From positions 1 through 60,779 of the forward strand of contig JAWLCG010000001.1 in the NCBI GenBank assembly GCA_041687295.1: a DNA stretch of 60,779 bases, written 5' to 3'. This document shows, piece by piece, positions 16,595 to 25,604 of the stretch. Source of the stretch: Phycisphaerae bacterium (GTDB lineage Bacteria > Planctomycetota > Phycisphaerae > SM23-33 > FEN-1343). The position numbers and the translations under genes were made by a program. Numbering within the stretch: position 1 is the stretch's first letter; each line of letters starts with the position of its first letter. The notes below the pieces were generated by a model, which saw nothing but the letters and a program-made list of their open reading frames with translations, did not search any database and was not told where the DNA came from.

Positions 16595-19500
16595 CTAGAA
16601 TTTTGGCGGCGGGGCGTCCTCCAGCCGCCAGACCTCGACCTCTCGCGTCTCGACGGAGAACTCCAGGCCCGTCTGCTGCGACAGCGTCTCCAGAAACTCC
16701 GCCCGGGCGGCCCTGCGCTGCGGGCCGGCCGGCAGCTTGTGGACCCGGCCGGAGGCGTAGAAGGCCCAGCCGACCATGACGTCCGACGGGTACTCCGCCA
16801 GGTTCACCACTGGCTGCTGCAGGCACTCCATCTCGACCTTCCGCAGCAGTTCGTCCACGCTGCCGTAGCCCCCGCCGCCGCCGTCCTGCCCCGCGGTCGG
16901 ATCGCCCCTCAGCAGGTGGATGCTGGGCCCGTCCGCCCCCGGCAAGGGCCGACGCTCAAAGCGCCCGCGGGCCACGAGCACCTCCATGGGCTCGGACCCT
17001 CGCACGAACCGCACGGGCCGGCCCACTTCTTCGCTGAGGATCTCCCCCAGCCCCGCCAGTCGCTCATCCTCGCCGCTGAAGCCGTTGACGATCCAGTCAC
17101 CCGGCAGCGGCCGGTTCATCAGTTCATCGGGGCCGAACACGTGGCCGGCGGGCACCTCCAGGACGTGCGACAGGATCTCCCGCACGGTGGCAGCCCGCCC
17201 CCAGCCGCGACTCCAGACCCCCCGCTTCCCGTTGACCCACCGGAACACGAAGCGGTCCGGCTCCCGCTCCAGGCGGCGGGCCTGTACCGGGTCGTCCTCC
17301 CGGTAGAACCGCGCCCGCTCGGGGATGAACGGCGGCTCGATCCGTCGCACGGCCTGCCCAATCTCCAGACGGTACACTTCGTCGAACCGCTCGCGCCAGC
17401 CCGCGTCGGCCGCCGGTTGCGGGGCCGGCTGCGTAGTGGGCGGATCGGTCGGCGGGGTCAGCCGGTACTGCATCTGGACGGGCCCCTCGGGCTGGGCCTC
17501 GATCCGCAGGATGCCCGCCCGGCCTCCGGTCGTGCGGAACAGCAGTACGGCCGGTGCGGGAGGTCCGTTAGATGGATCGCCCAGTACAACGGCCACCGGG
17601 CCCGAGGTAAGCGGCATTTCGCCCCAGTGGGCTCGGATGAGGTCAGTGGAGGCCGAGCCCCACGCATCCTGGTCCAGCAGCACGGGTCGGGCCGCCAGCA
17701 GGATCAGCGTGCCGCCGTTGCCCTGAGGCTGCCAGACCGCATCGATGCCCTGCTCCTCCAGCCACGCCTGCCGGCCCTGGGGCGACAGGTCGGCATCCGG
17801 GGGCCAGTGACGGGCGGAGGCCGTGTCGAAGTCGATGGCCAGCCCCTCCTGTGCCGGCACCCACAGTCGCGGCTCGGTCAGGGGCGGCAGGTCGGGCAGC
17901 GGCTCGGCAGGCACATCGTCCATTCGCCGAGGGTCGGGCAGTTCGGCCGCGCCCAGAGGCCCGTGCGGGATGGGCTGGAGCGTCTGGTTCAGCGGCACGT
18001 CGGCCAGGGCGAAGATGGCGTCAGCCTGAGCCGGGTCGTAGAAGCCCACGTCGTGGACCGTGATCCGCACGCGGGTGTCCGCTTCGCCGTCCCGGCCCGG
18101 CCGATGGTGCACGATCTCCACGGGGTACCATAGGTCCGGCGCGAGCTGCTTCCATTCCGTCACTTCCGTCCGAATCGTTCCATAGGCGAAGCCCAGCTCA
18201 TCCAGCACGGGCAGGTAGCCGCGCTGCGGGTCGAGCAGCAGTCTACTGAAGTGGCCCCGCCGCGGGCCGTAGGCCAACTCCACCACCCGCCGCCCGTCAT
18301 GCGTGGTCCACCCCACCCGCAGGCCCGCGGCCCGCATGGCGTCAGGCTGCTTGCGGGCATCGTCCCACAAACCCCATATGCCGGAGATGAACCCGTTGGG
18401 ACGCTGGTCGCTGTCGGGGTCCGGCGGCAGCAGCCCCAGGCCCGTGTAGCCCTCGTACGACCCGAAGTACCGCGGCATGTCATGACGGTACTGCTCGCGC
18501 ACGTCGCCGCTGTATCCGCCGTCCCCGGTATGGAAGAAGTCCACCTTGCGGAACTGCTGACCGTCGTAGGCCATCAGCCACCGCGTCTCGTTGTAGGGCC
18601 GGGCCCCGTCGTGCCACCGGCCGATCTGCGGGTCGAAGTCCATGCGCTTGCGGCCCTCGCCGAGGCGCTCGTACCAGGCCCAGGTGTTCACCCGCGAGGG
18701 CGTCGGCCGCCACTGCTCGGTCTGCGGGTCCCACACCTGCTCGTCCATGGACGCGACCACGCGGAGGTTCTGGGCGGCAGCGTGGACGTGCCGGTGCGTG
18801 GCCTCGACGTGAGGGATGAGCCCCTCCAACGTCAACGGCCCCTCGGGCAGCGGTGGAACGGGGGACTGGTCGCCTTCCTCTGCTTGGGAGGCTGTGCCGG
18901 GAACCACAACCCCGGCAACGATGGCGATGGCCAGCAGGGCAGCCGCCACGGCCATGCTGCGACCACGGGCGGTTGGCGGGGTCAGGCCCAGCAGACGAAT
19001 GATGCGGCCACGGAGTTCCGAGCCCTCGCGCCCCCGGGCGGCAACGGCGGCGTGGCCGAGGCGCGGAAGCGTCTGCCGTTGGGCCAGGGCCAGCAGGCCC
19101 TCGGCGTAGCGGGTCGGCTCGGTGCCGGCGGAGAGGGCGAGGTCGTCGCAGCAGTGCTCGCGTTCGGCGCGGAGGCGGCGGGCGAGGTACCACGCGGCCG
19201 GGTGGTAGAACAGCAGCGTCTCGGCCAGCGTGACCAGCAGGTTGACGAGGTAGTCGTAGCGGCGGATGTGGGCCAGCTCATGGGCCAGCACGGCCCGCAC
19301 CTGATCGGGGGCCAGGCCCGTCGCGAAGCCCAGCGGCAGCAGGATGGCGGGAGAGAGCCAGCCCACCACCACCGGCCCGTGCAGGCGGAGTGACTCCAGC
19401 AGCCGCACCGGCCGGCGGATGCCCAGCGCGGCGGCCACGTCAGCCAGCGTTGCCCGCAGGGCCGGGTCGGTCACCGGCGTCGCCGACCGCCGCAGCCGAC

Positions 19501-20044
19501 CGATCTGCAGCCAACCCACCAGCTGCCAGCCGGCCAGCAGGACCACGCCGGCCGCCCACGTCAGCGTCAGCCACGGCAGGGCCGGCTCCAGCGCATCCGT
19601 CAGCCGGGCCCGCCAGCTCGGCGTCGGCTGCGACAGTTCAGGCGCAGCGGGAACCGGCGGTACCGTCTCGGCCTCAGCCGCGGCGGGCTCGATGGCCGGG
19701 GACGCATCGGCGGGCAAAGGGGTTGGGATGGGGTCGCTGGCCGGCACTGCTTGAGGTGTCGGAACAGCCGCAGCCGTGGGTCCATTCTCCACGACCAGCA
19801 CCGCGGACCGCTCTGTCTGCACCGGGCCGGGCGTGAACACGAACGCGACGGCCGACAGCCCCACCGTCGCCGCCAGGGCCGCACAGGCCATCGCGTACTG
19901 CAGCGGGGCCGACCGCCGGCACAGCCTCGCTGCCACCGCGTACAGCAGCGCCAGGAGGGTGCCGATCCACAGCGAGTGCACCAGCGTCCAGCCCAACCGG
20001 TAGGCTGTGGCCGACGAGCGGATGGCTTCCAGCAGGTCCATCAC
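16595..20044 (-). CDS. BlaR1/M56 family peptidase-type signal transducer with ~800-aa extracytoplasmic extension
   Basis: N-terminal TM helices. M56 zinc motif AHELAHIRRYDYLVN...FYHPAAWY. Long C-terminal region with no recognisable penicillin-binding domain. Start GTG 20044 or ATG 20041 overlaps the BlaI stop. Confidence 0.85.
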   Translation of the reverse strand: MMDLLEAIRSSATAYRLGWTLVHSLWIGTLLALLYAVAARLCRRSAPLQYAMACAALAATVGLSAVAFVFTPGPVQTERSAVLVVENGPTAAAVPTPQAVPASDPIPTPLPADASPAIEPAAAEAETVPPVPAAPELSQPTPSWRARLTDALEPALPWLTLTWAAGVVLLAGWQLVGWLQIGRLRRSATPVTDPALRATLADVAAALGIRRPVRLLESLRLHGPVVVGWLSPAILLPLGFATGLAPDQVRAVLAHELAHIRRYDYLVNLLVTLAETLLFYHPAAWYLARRLRAEREHCCDDLALSAGTEPTRYAEGLLALAQRQTLPRLGHAAVAARGREGSELRGRIIRLLGLTPPTARGRSMAVAAALLAIAIVAGVVVPGTASQAEEGDQSPVPPLPEGPLTLEGLIPHVEATHRHVHAAAQNLRVVASMDEQVWDPQTEQWRPTPSRVNTWAWYERLGEGRKRMDFDPQIGRWHDGARPYNETRWLMAYDGQQFRKVDFFHTGDGGYSGDVREQYRHDMPRYFGSYEGYTGLGLLPPDPDSDQRPNGFISGIWGLWDDARKQPDAMRAAGLRVGWTTHDGRRVVELAYGPRRGHFSRLLLDPQRGYLPVLDELGFAYGTIRTEVTEWKQLAPDLWYPVEIVHHRPGRDGEADTRVRITVHDVGFYDPAQADAIFALADVPLNQTLQPIPHGPLGAAELPDPRRMDDVPAEPLPDLPPLTEPRLWVPAQEGLAIDFDTASARHWPPDADLSPQGRQAWLEEQGIDAVWQPQGNGGTLILLAARPVLLDQDAWGSASTDLIRAHWGEMPLTSGPVAVVLGDPSNGPPAPAVLLFRTTGGRAGILRIEAQPEGPVQMQYRLTPPTDPPTTQPAPQPAADAGWRERFDEVYRLEIGQAVRRIEPPFIPERARFYREDDPVQARRLEREPDRFVFRWVNGKRGVWSRGWGRAATVREILSHVLEVPAGHVFGPDELMNRPLPGDWIVNGFSGEDERLAGLGEILSEEVGRPVRFVRGSEPMEVLVARGRFERRPLPGADGPSIHLLRGDPTAGQDGGGGGYGSVDELLRKVEMECLQQPVVNLAEYPSDVMVGWAFYASGRVHKLPAGPQRRAARAEFLETLSQQTGLEFSVETREVEVWRLEDAPPPKF

Positions 20045-20433
20045 TTGCCCCCTTTCCGCGGCTTCACCTGGTCGATCAGCCCGCGCAGCTCCGCCAGTTC
20101 CTTGCCGCTGAGCGCCCCATCCTGCACGGCCCGCACCAGCAGCTTGCGCATCGAGCCGTCAAAGGCCTTCTGAACGAGGTCCTCCAGCAGGCCCGCCTGG
20201 GTCTGCTCCTGCGGGGCGGCCGGGCGGAACTTGGCGGGGCGCTCGTCGCTGCGGACGACGAAGCCTTTCTCCTCCATCACCTGCAGCAGCTTGAGCGTGG
20301 TCGTCAGCCCCGTCTTCCGCGGCCCCTGCAGGGCGTCGTGCACCTGCCGGACCGTACTGGGGCCCTTCTCCCACAGCACCTGCAGGATCTCCAGCTCCGC
20401 CTCGGTCGGATACAGCGAGGGTCGTTTGGGCAT
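20041..20433 (-). CDS. BlaI/MecI/CopY family transcriptional repressor
   Basis: Start at MPKRPSLYPTEAELEILQVLWEKGPSTVRQVH... (GGGGAG RBS). Winged-helix penicillinase-repressor fold signature. Translationally coupled to the M56 gene. Confidence 0.85.
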   Translation of the reverse strand: MPKRPSLYPTEAELEILQVLWEKGPSTVRQVHDALQGPRKTGLTTTLKLLQVMEEKGFVVRSDERPAKFRPAAPQEQTQAGLLEDLVQKAFDGSMRKLLVRAVQDGALSGKELAELRGLIDQVKPRKGGK

Positions 20434-20493
20434 CGTCGGCTCCCCTGGATTCGACTCGTCCGGGCCCGGGACCATCCAGGCCATGCCCCCATA

Positions 20494-20541
20494 CTACGGC
20501 ATGTTACGTAGAGCGGCAAGCACAAAACGTAATCTTTCGTA
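20494..20541 (-). promoter_or_regulatory. AT-rich inverted repeats upstream of the BlaI-like gene (candidate operator/promoter)
   Basis: CTACG-N8-CGTAG (20494-20511) and ACGTAATCTTTCGTA (20527-20541, imperfect palindrome). This is the only AT-rich patch in the 180-bp gap. Confidence 0.25.
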
Positions 20542-20613
20542 TTTCGAGTGCGGCTACTCGCCCCGGAACGCGGTCTGGTGGCCAGACTCAGTGCGGCCTG
20601 CCCAGGGCTCCAC

Positions 20614-22620
20614 TCACCTGTTCACCTGCGACGGGTGCTTCTCGAAGAAGTCCGATCGTGGGGGCAGTTCCTTGAGCCTGTGCGTGGCCGGGTCAGCCAT
20701 GAAGGCGCTCAGCGGCTGAAAGATCGTCGACCAGTTCCAGAACGACTCGTCCAGCCTGAGGTACTCGCGGACCTTCCCCGTGCCGGCCGGGGCCACCGGA
20801 TGCAGCAGTGCCACGGCCGTGCGGACCACGTGAAAGCCGTCAATCAGGCCCTGTCGGCGAGCGTTCTCGTCGCAGTCGTCGTGGTAGGGGTTATTGCGGT
20901 TCCATCGGCCGTTGGCTTCACGCAGCAGCGCCGCCACGGCGGAGATGCCCGCATGGAACTCCTGGGCGGCGAAGGCCTGCTCGAAATCGAGGATAACCTC
21001 CTCGCACTCGGCCACCACTTCGTCAAGCGGCTGCCCTGGCGGAATGATGCCGTTGTAGAACTTCTGCACGGTGTAGAAGCACGACCGCACGAGGTGGTTC
21101 AGTGTGTTGCTCAGCAGGTTGCCGTCCTTGAGCACCGGGTCGCCGGCGCGGTCGTCCGCCTTGGGGTCCAGCGGCTTGGGCCGGAAGCTCACGCCGCGCT
21201 GCCCCAGGCCCAGGTTCAGCCAGTGCGCCCGGAGCTGGTCGGCCGTGTAGTAGTCCAGCAGGTCCGCCGCCATGGGGGGCTTGACCGCGCCGGAGGAACT
21301 GGCCTTCTTGTCCAGGAACAGCAGGTGCTTGTTCACGACCAGCCGCGACATCGTCAACTGCCCCTCTGCCGGCGGATACTGCGGCGATTCGCCCTGCATG
21401 CCCAGCCAGATCGCCCCCTGGGCCAAGCCATAGAAGAAAGTGTTGTCCTCCCCGATGAACTGGTAGACGGCGGCTTCAGGCGTGCACCACCAGTCGACCC
21501 ACTGCTCGGGCGAGGTGCCCCTGGCCTTCAGGCAGGCCTGCACGAACGAGATCGGCGCCCACAGCGATTCGGGCCAGACCCAGAAGGTCAACCCCTCCAG
21601 GCCGTCCAGATCGGGCGCCGGCAGCGACCAGTCCAGGTTGCCCGTCAGCCGGAACGGCACGAGCGTCTTGCCGCTGCGGTAGCGGACGGCCTCGGCCGAG
21701 AGCAACTCCTTCGCCCGATCCATGTCCTCCAGTCGGTCGAACACGAGCCTGACGCTCTTGCCCCGCCCCTGCTCCCGCCGATGCGGCGGCAGCTTGGCCA
21801 GGACGGGCTCCAACTCGTCCAGCTGGTCTTCCGCCACGTGGATGGTCGGCGGCTCAAAGTGCTCCAGCAGCGAGCGCACGGCGAACTCGCGCATCTGCCC
21901 GCTGACCAGCAGCTCATCGAGCCACCGCCGCAGCAGCGGCTCAAACGCCTGTAGCGGGATGTACCAGTTGGTCACGTCGACCATCTCCGGCGGGGCGTCG
22001 GAGAGCGTGCTGCGCGGGGCGATGAGTTCACGCGGCTCGTACTGATGGCCCAGGGAGCACTCGTCCGCGTAGGCCTTTTCCGACCTGCAGCCCTGGATGG
22101 GGCACCGGCCGATGACCTGTCGGCCGTTGAGGAACGTGCCGGCCTGGCGGTCGTAGAACTGCGGTGTGGTCAGCTTGTGCAGGTGCCCGTTGGCGTGCAG
22201 CGTCCGCAGGATGTGGGCTCCGAGCTCCTGGTGAATCGGCTGGTAGGGCTCGAGGCTCGACGCCGCGAACAGGTCGAGTTCGACGTGGTAGGCCTCGAGC
22301 GTAGCCCTCTGGCTCCGATGGTTCGCTGTGACGAACTCCGTCAGGCCGCCCTGGAACTGACCGGCCTCCATCTTGGCCCGGTGGTCGGCGGCAATGGGCG
22401 AGCCGTAGCAGTCGGTCCCTGAGACGAACAGCACGTTGTCACGGCCGACGCGGTCGCGCATGAACCGCGCGAACGCGTCCGCGTGGATGAACACCCCGCC
22501 GACGTGGCCGAAATGCAGGTCCTTGTTGCCGTACGGCATGCCCGCCGTCACCACCGCGCGAAGCGGAAACGCGGGCCTCTCCCGGCCGGTCACCAGCCGC
22601 GGCGTCGATCCGTCAGACAT
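20614..22620 (-). CDS. metG: methionine--tRNA ligase-like class I aminoacyl-tRNA synthetase
   Basis: HIGH-type motif (PYGNKDLHFGHVGG). Connective-peptide Cys knuckle GRCPIQGC...ECSLGH. Anticodon-binding helical C-domain. The KMSKS position reads KKASSS (21292-21309). Confidence 0.8.
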   Translation of the reverse strand: MSDGSTPRLVTGRERPAFPLRAVVTAGMPYGNKDLHFGHVGGVFIHADAFARFMRDRVGRDNVLFVSGTDCYGSPIAADHRAKMEAGQFQGGLTEFVTANHRSQRATLEAYHVELDLFAASSLEPYQPIHQELGAHILRTLHANGHLHKLTTPQFYDRQAGTFLNGRQVIGRCPIQGCRSEKAYADECSLGHQYEPRELIAPRSTLSDAPPEMVDVTNWYIPLQAFEPLLRRWLDELLVSGQMREFAVRSLLEHFEPPTIHVAEDQLDELEPVLAKLPPHRREQGRGKSVRLVFDRLEDMDRAKELLSAEAVRYRSGKTLVPFRLTGNLDWSLPAPDLDGLEGLTFWVWPESLWAPISFVQACLKARGTSPEQWVDWWCTPEAAVYQFIGEDNTFFYGLAQGAIWLGMQGESPQYPPAEGQLTMSRLVVNKHLLFLDKKASSSGAVKPPMAADLLDYYTADQLRAHWLNLGLGQRGVSFRPKPLDPKADDRAGDPVLKDGNLLSNTLNHLVRSCFYTVQKFYNGIIPPGQPLDEVVAECEEVILDFEQAFAAQEFHAGISAVAALLREANGRWNRNNPYHDDCDENARRQGLIDGFHVVRTAVALLHPVAPAGTGKVREYLRLDESFWNWSTIFQPLSAFMADPATHRLKELPPRSDFFEKHPSQVNR

Positions 22621-22821
22621 GCGTAACTCCAGGATAGAAGGATGGGATCCTGCAACGCGCCCCCCGCTGGGCGGGGCATAGCCCTTCTACCGCCCCTCGC
22701 CACGTCAGGCAAGTGGGAAGACCCTCCGCGAACCCAAGGACCTGCCGGCGGATGTCGGACAGCTTGATCTGACCGACCTGCGAACGAACCTGGTGCAGGA
22801 CGGCGATCCGATGGCGGAGAT

Positions 22822-23898
22822 CTACGTGTTCGCCTCGAGCCAGTCCAGCAGGTCCTGGCACTGCTGGCGATCCCGAACACTGACACAGTAGGCGACCTTG
22901 TCCGGACGAAGCTCCTTGTGGAGTTGGCGGACCTCGTCGGGCCCGACGCCGTAGATCTGCAGGGCCTTGCCCGCCTCCGGGCAGCGCCGGAGGACGTCGC
23001 ACCAGGTGTGCATGGGCGGCTGACCGGCGCCGGGCACCCACTGGATGGCGTCGATGGCGTCAATGGCCAGCACGTCGTCCAGGTGCGGCAGCGCGCCGGG
23101 TCCGTCGAAGTGCAGCGTGCAGTGGTCGAGGTAGCTCGCCTCTTCGGCCAGGGCCGGCATGACGGACCGCCGGGCCATCTCCGGGCTGAGCATGCACAGG
23201 AAGTCGCACTGGATCGTCGCGAACCGCCCGGGGCTCCAGAACGGCACCCAGCCGATCGTGCCGTCCTGCTCGCCCATGCCGCCGGCCTCGTAGAGGCCCT
23301 GGTAGATCGGCGCGTAGAGCTTCCGCACGTCGTCCATGGCCGCGACGATGCGTTCGGGGCAGTCGTAGAAGTCCATCGCCAGCCGCTCGGCTCCGCGCAT
23401 GGCCAGCAGGGCGTCCATGTTCGAGTGCAGATCGCAGACGCCCACGAGATAGCGCCCCTGCCGGTGCTGGGCCAGCGCCCGGCTGAAGGCCAGGGCGCTC
23501 CGCCAGGTCGGGTTCGACTCGTCCAGCCGGATCGGCAGCACGTCGTCCCAGTCGTCGACCCAGGGGGCGACCCAGTTCGTGTTGGGCGAGTCGGGGCTGA
23601 ACGTCAGCTGCCCGCCCAGAAAGGCTGCGAACTGGTCGGGCCCGTGGTCGGGGGCGAAGAAGGGGACCGCCTCGGCCAGGTACTCCGTGCCGGCCAGGTG
23701 CGCGTCGATGCGGTCGAGCACGTCCTGGTAGCGCCCCTCGCAGGCAGCCTGGTAGCGCTGGTGGCCGGGGTACGGCGGATTGCAGCCCGGCCGGTTCACG
23801 GCCGCGACCACCGGCGGGCGCCCCAGCAGATCGCCCGCCCAGAAGTGCTCCCACATCCGCTTGACGCGGTCGAAGTCAGGCTTGGTGCTCAGTTCCAC
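22822..23898 (-). CDS. uroporphyrinogen decarboxylase (URO-D)/MtaA-like family protein (tentative)
   Basis: GTG 23898 follows AGGAGAG. Product VELSTKPDFDRVKRMWEHFWAGDLLGRPPV... ...IDAIDAIQWVPGAG... resembles URO-D-like TIM-barrel proteins. The family call is from memory only. Confidence 0.7.
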   Translation of the reverse strand: MELSTKPDFDRVKRMWEHFWAGDLLGRPPVVAAVNRPGCNPPYPGHQRYQAACEGRYQDVLDRIDAHLAGTEYLAEAVPFFAPDHGPDQFAAFLGGQLTFSPDSPNTNWVAPWVDDWDDVLPIRLDESNPTWRSALAFSRALAQHRQGRYLVGVCDLHSNMDALLAMRGAERLAMDFYDCPERIVAAMDDVRKLYAPIYQGLYEAGGMGEQDGTIGWVPFWSPGRFATIQCDFLCMLSPEMARRSVMPALAEEASYLDHCTLHFDGPGALPHLDDVLAIDAIDAIQWVPGAGQPPMHTWCDVLRRCPEAGKALQIYGVGPDEVRQLHKELRPDKVAYCVSVRDRQQCQDLLDWLEANT

Positions 23899-24159
23899 GG
23901 CAGTCTCTCCTGGTACAAGGGCATGGCGACCGGGGCCATCGTGAGGGCTCCCTACCATAGCCCGGTCCATGCCCGCTGTCCATGCAGATGACACCAACCG
24001 CTCGCCCGGAAGCGGCGGTCGAGGCCCTCGGACAGCCGTAGCGGACGGAGGTGGCGCCGCCGTTGGCTGCGCAGACCGGACACCCGGAGGAGTTGACTGA
24101 TGACGACAGATGGCACGCTGAGTAGACGCGAGTTGCTGGAGGCCTGGCCGCCGGGGCGC

Positions 24160-25062
24160 TCAGATCCACGGAATTCCGCTGCCCTCCAGCCGGATGTACC
24201 AGGGCTTGACGTCGCTGATGTCGTACTCGGTCGGGTCGTCGCCCAGCCAGTTCCAGATCGTCGTGTCGTCGAAGCTGCCGTCGCCAACGTGGCCGTCGAT
24301 GTACAGGAAGTTGCTCCGCCCGCGGTGGGGGTTGATCAGCTTCCACTTCTCCCGAAGGGCCGGGTTCTCATGGATCCAGCCGCTCCAGCCGATCACGTTG
24401 CCGTTGTGCCGAATGCCCTCGCTGGCCAGGATCGTGTCCTGGGTGTGGGTCATGTGGTTGAGGTGGATGTAGGCCTCGAAGGTGTGCCCGAAGCCGCAGC
24501 AGAAGCGGTCCAGCCCGGCTGTGGCGTTCTGCGCGTACGACCCGACGCTGCCGCCGTAGGCCTCCTGCTCGCGTTGCAGGCTCGGGCAGTGCATGGCCTC
24601 GGTGATGTGGTCCCAGTCGGGGTTGGGGATGTTCCAGCGAACGTAGGGGTGGGGCTCGGCGTAACCGCCGGGCGGCACCTGGCCGTTACCGTCGGGCTGG
24701 TACCAGCCCCGCTGGCCGGTGGGGTCGGCGAACAGCGGCGCGTAGTAGACCCTCTGACTGGACGCCAGCGGCTTGCCCCGCAGCCAGTACGGCATCACGT
24801 ACCACCACTGACGGAAGCTGTTGGAGGCCCCCCAGGCGTTGGGGTCGTTGAACTCCTGGTCCCAGGCGGCCAGCATCGTGTCGTTGTTCTCCAGGGCGTA
24901 CTGGTGGTGCGCCTGGCCCAGGTTCCGCAGCCGGGTCTTGCACAGGGCGGACTGCGCCTGCTCCCGGGCCGTCGCCAACGCCGGCAGCAGGATCGACACC
25001 AGCAGGGCGATGATCGCGATCACAACCAGCAGTTCGATCAGGGTGAAGCCTCTGCGCTCCAT
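24160..25062 (-). CDS. DUF1559 / H-X9-DG protein with prepilin-type N-terminal cleavage/methylation domain
   Basis: [29 protein letters not shown] (class III signal). C-terminal [14 protein letters not shown] (H-X9-DG). GGGAGG RBS. Confidence 0.9.
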   Translation of the reverse strand: MERRGFTLIELLVVIAIIALLVSILLPALATAREQAQSALCKTRLRNLGQAHHQYALENNDTMLAAWDQEFNDPNAWGASNSFRQWWYVMPYWLRGKPLASSQRVYYAPLFADPTGQRGWYQPDGNGQVPPGGYAEPHPYVRWNIPNPDWDHITEAMHCPSLQREQEAYGGSVGSYAQNATAGLDRFCCGFGHTFEAYIHLNHMTHTQDTILASEGIRHNGNVIGWSGWIHENPALREKWKLINPHRGRSNFLYIDGHVGDGSFDDTTIWNWLGDDPTEYDISDVKPWYIRLEGSGIPWI

Positions 25063-25140
25063 GGTCTGCCTCCCGGAGTGGGTCCACTCGCGTGACAAGG
25101 GGCAACCGCCCGCGTCTGTGCAACTGGCCAGAGATTCCAA

Positions 25141-25169
25141 TTGATTACATGACTGCGTGACTGTATGAT
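25141..25169 (+). promoter_or_regulatory. near-consensus sigma-70-like promoter for the arsR operon (TTGATT-N17-TATGAT) with TGACTG direct repeat in the spacer
   Basis: TTGATT 25141-25146; spacer ACATGACTGCGTGACTG; TATGAT 25164-25169, about 50 nt upstream of the ArsR start. Confidence 0.45.
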
Positions 25170-25220
25170 CACGGATACTTGCACATATTCTACGGCCACC
25201 TGGCCAAAGGAGCAAGAGAT

Positions 25221-25547
25221 TTGGACGGCAATCAGAAACGCTTATACGAGATGAAGGCCGAGGTCCTGGCGGCGGCGGGCCACCCGATCCGCCTGGCGGT
25301 GCTGGACTTTCTCAAGGACGGCGAGCAGTGCGTCTGCGACATCGCCGGGTACGTCGAGGCCGAGCGGTCCAACGTCTCGCGCCACCTGGCGGTGCTGCTC
25401 AAGGCCGGCCTGGTCGAGCAGCGCAAGGACGGCCTGCGGATGATGTACTCGCTCAAGACCCCCTGCATCCTGAGCTTCAGCCAGTGCGTCGAGAGCGTCC
25501 TGCGAGCCCGGGCCCAGGAGGCCCAGACGGTCCTGGGCCAACTCTAG
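25221..25547 (+). CDS. arsR: ArsR/SmtB family metalloregulator (CVC metalloid-site type)
   Basis: TTG 25221 follows AAAGGAG (alternative ATG 25251). ...[25 protein letters not shown]...[16 protein letters not shown]. The CVC triad sits where As(III)-sensing ArsR proteins carry it. Confidence 0.85.
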   Translation: MDGNQKRLYEMKAEVLAAAGHPIRLAVLDFLKDGEQCVCDIAGYVEAERSNVSRHLAVLLKAGLVEQRKDGLRMMYSLKTPCILSFSQCVESVLRARAQEAQTVLGQL

Positions 25548-25604
25548 CGGCCACTGGCGTGGGAGTTGGCAGGTTTGGCATTCAGGGGGCAGTGAGGCAA
25601 CGGC

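Noticed and set aside
24100-24162. Plus-strand start with a strong RBS (GGAGGAG) and a Tat-like N-terminus MTTDGTLSRRELLEA.
   Set aside because: Only ~20 codons look protein-like before the frame becomes the antisense shadow of the DUF1559 gene. It may be the stump of a displaced gene, but it is too short to support a call.
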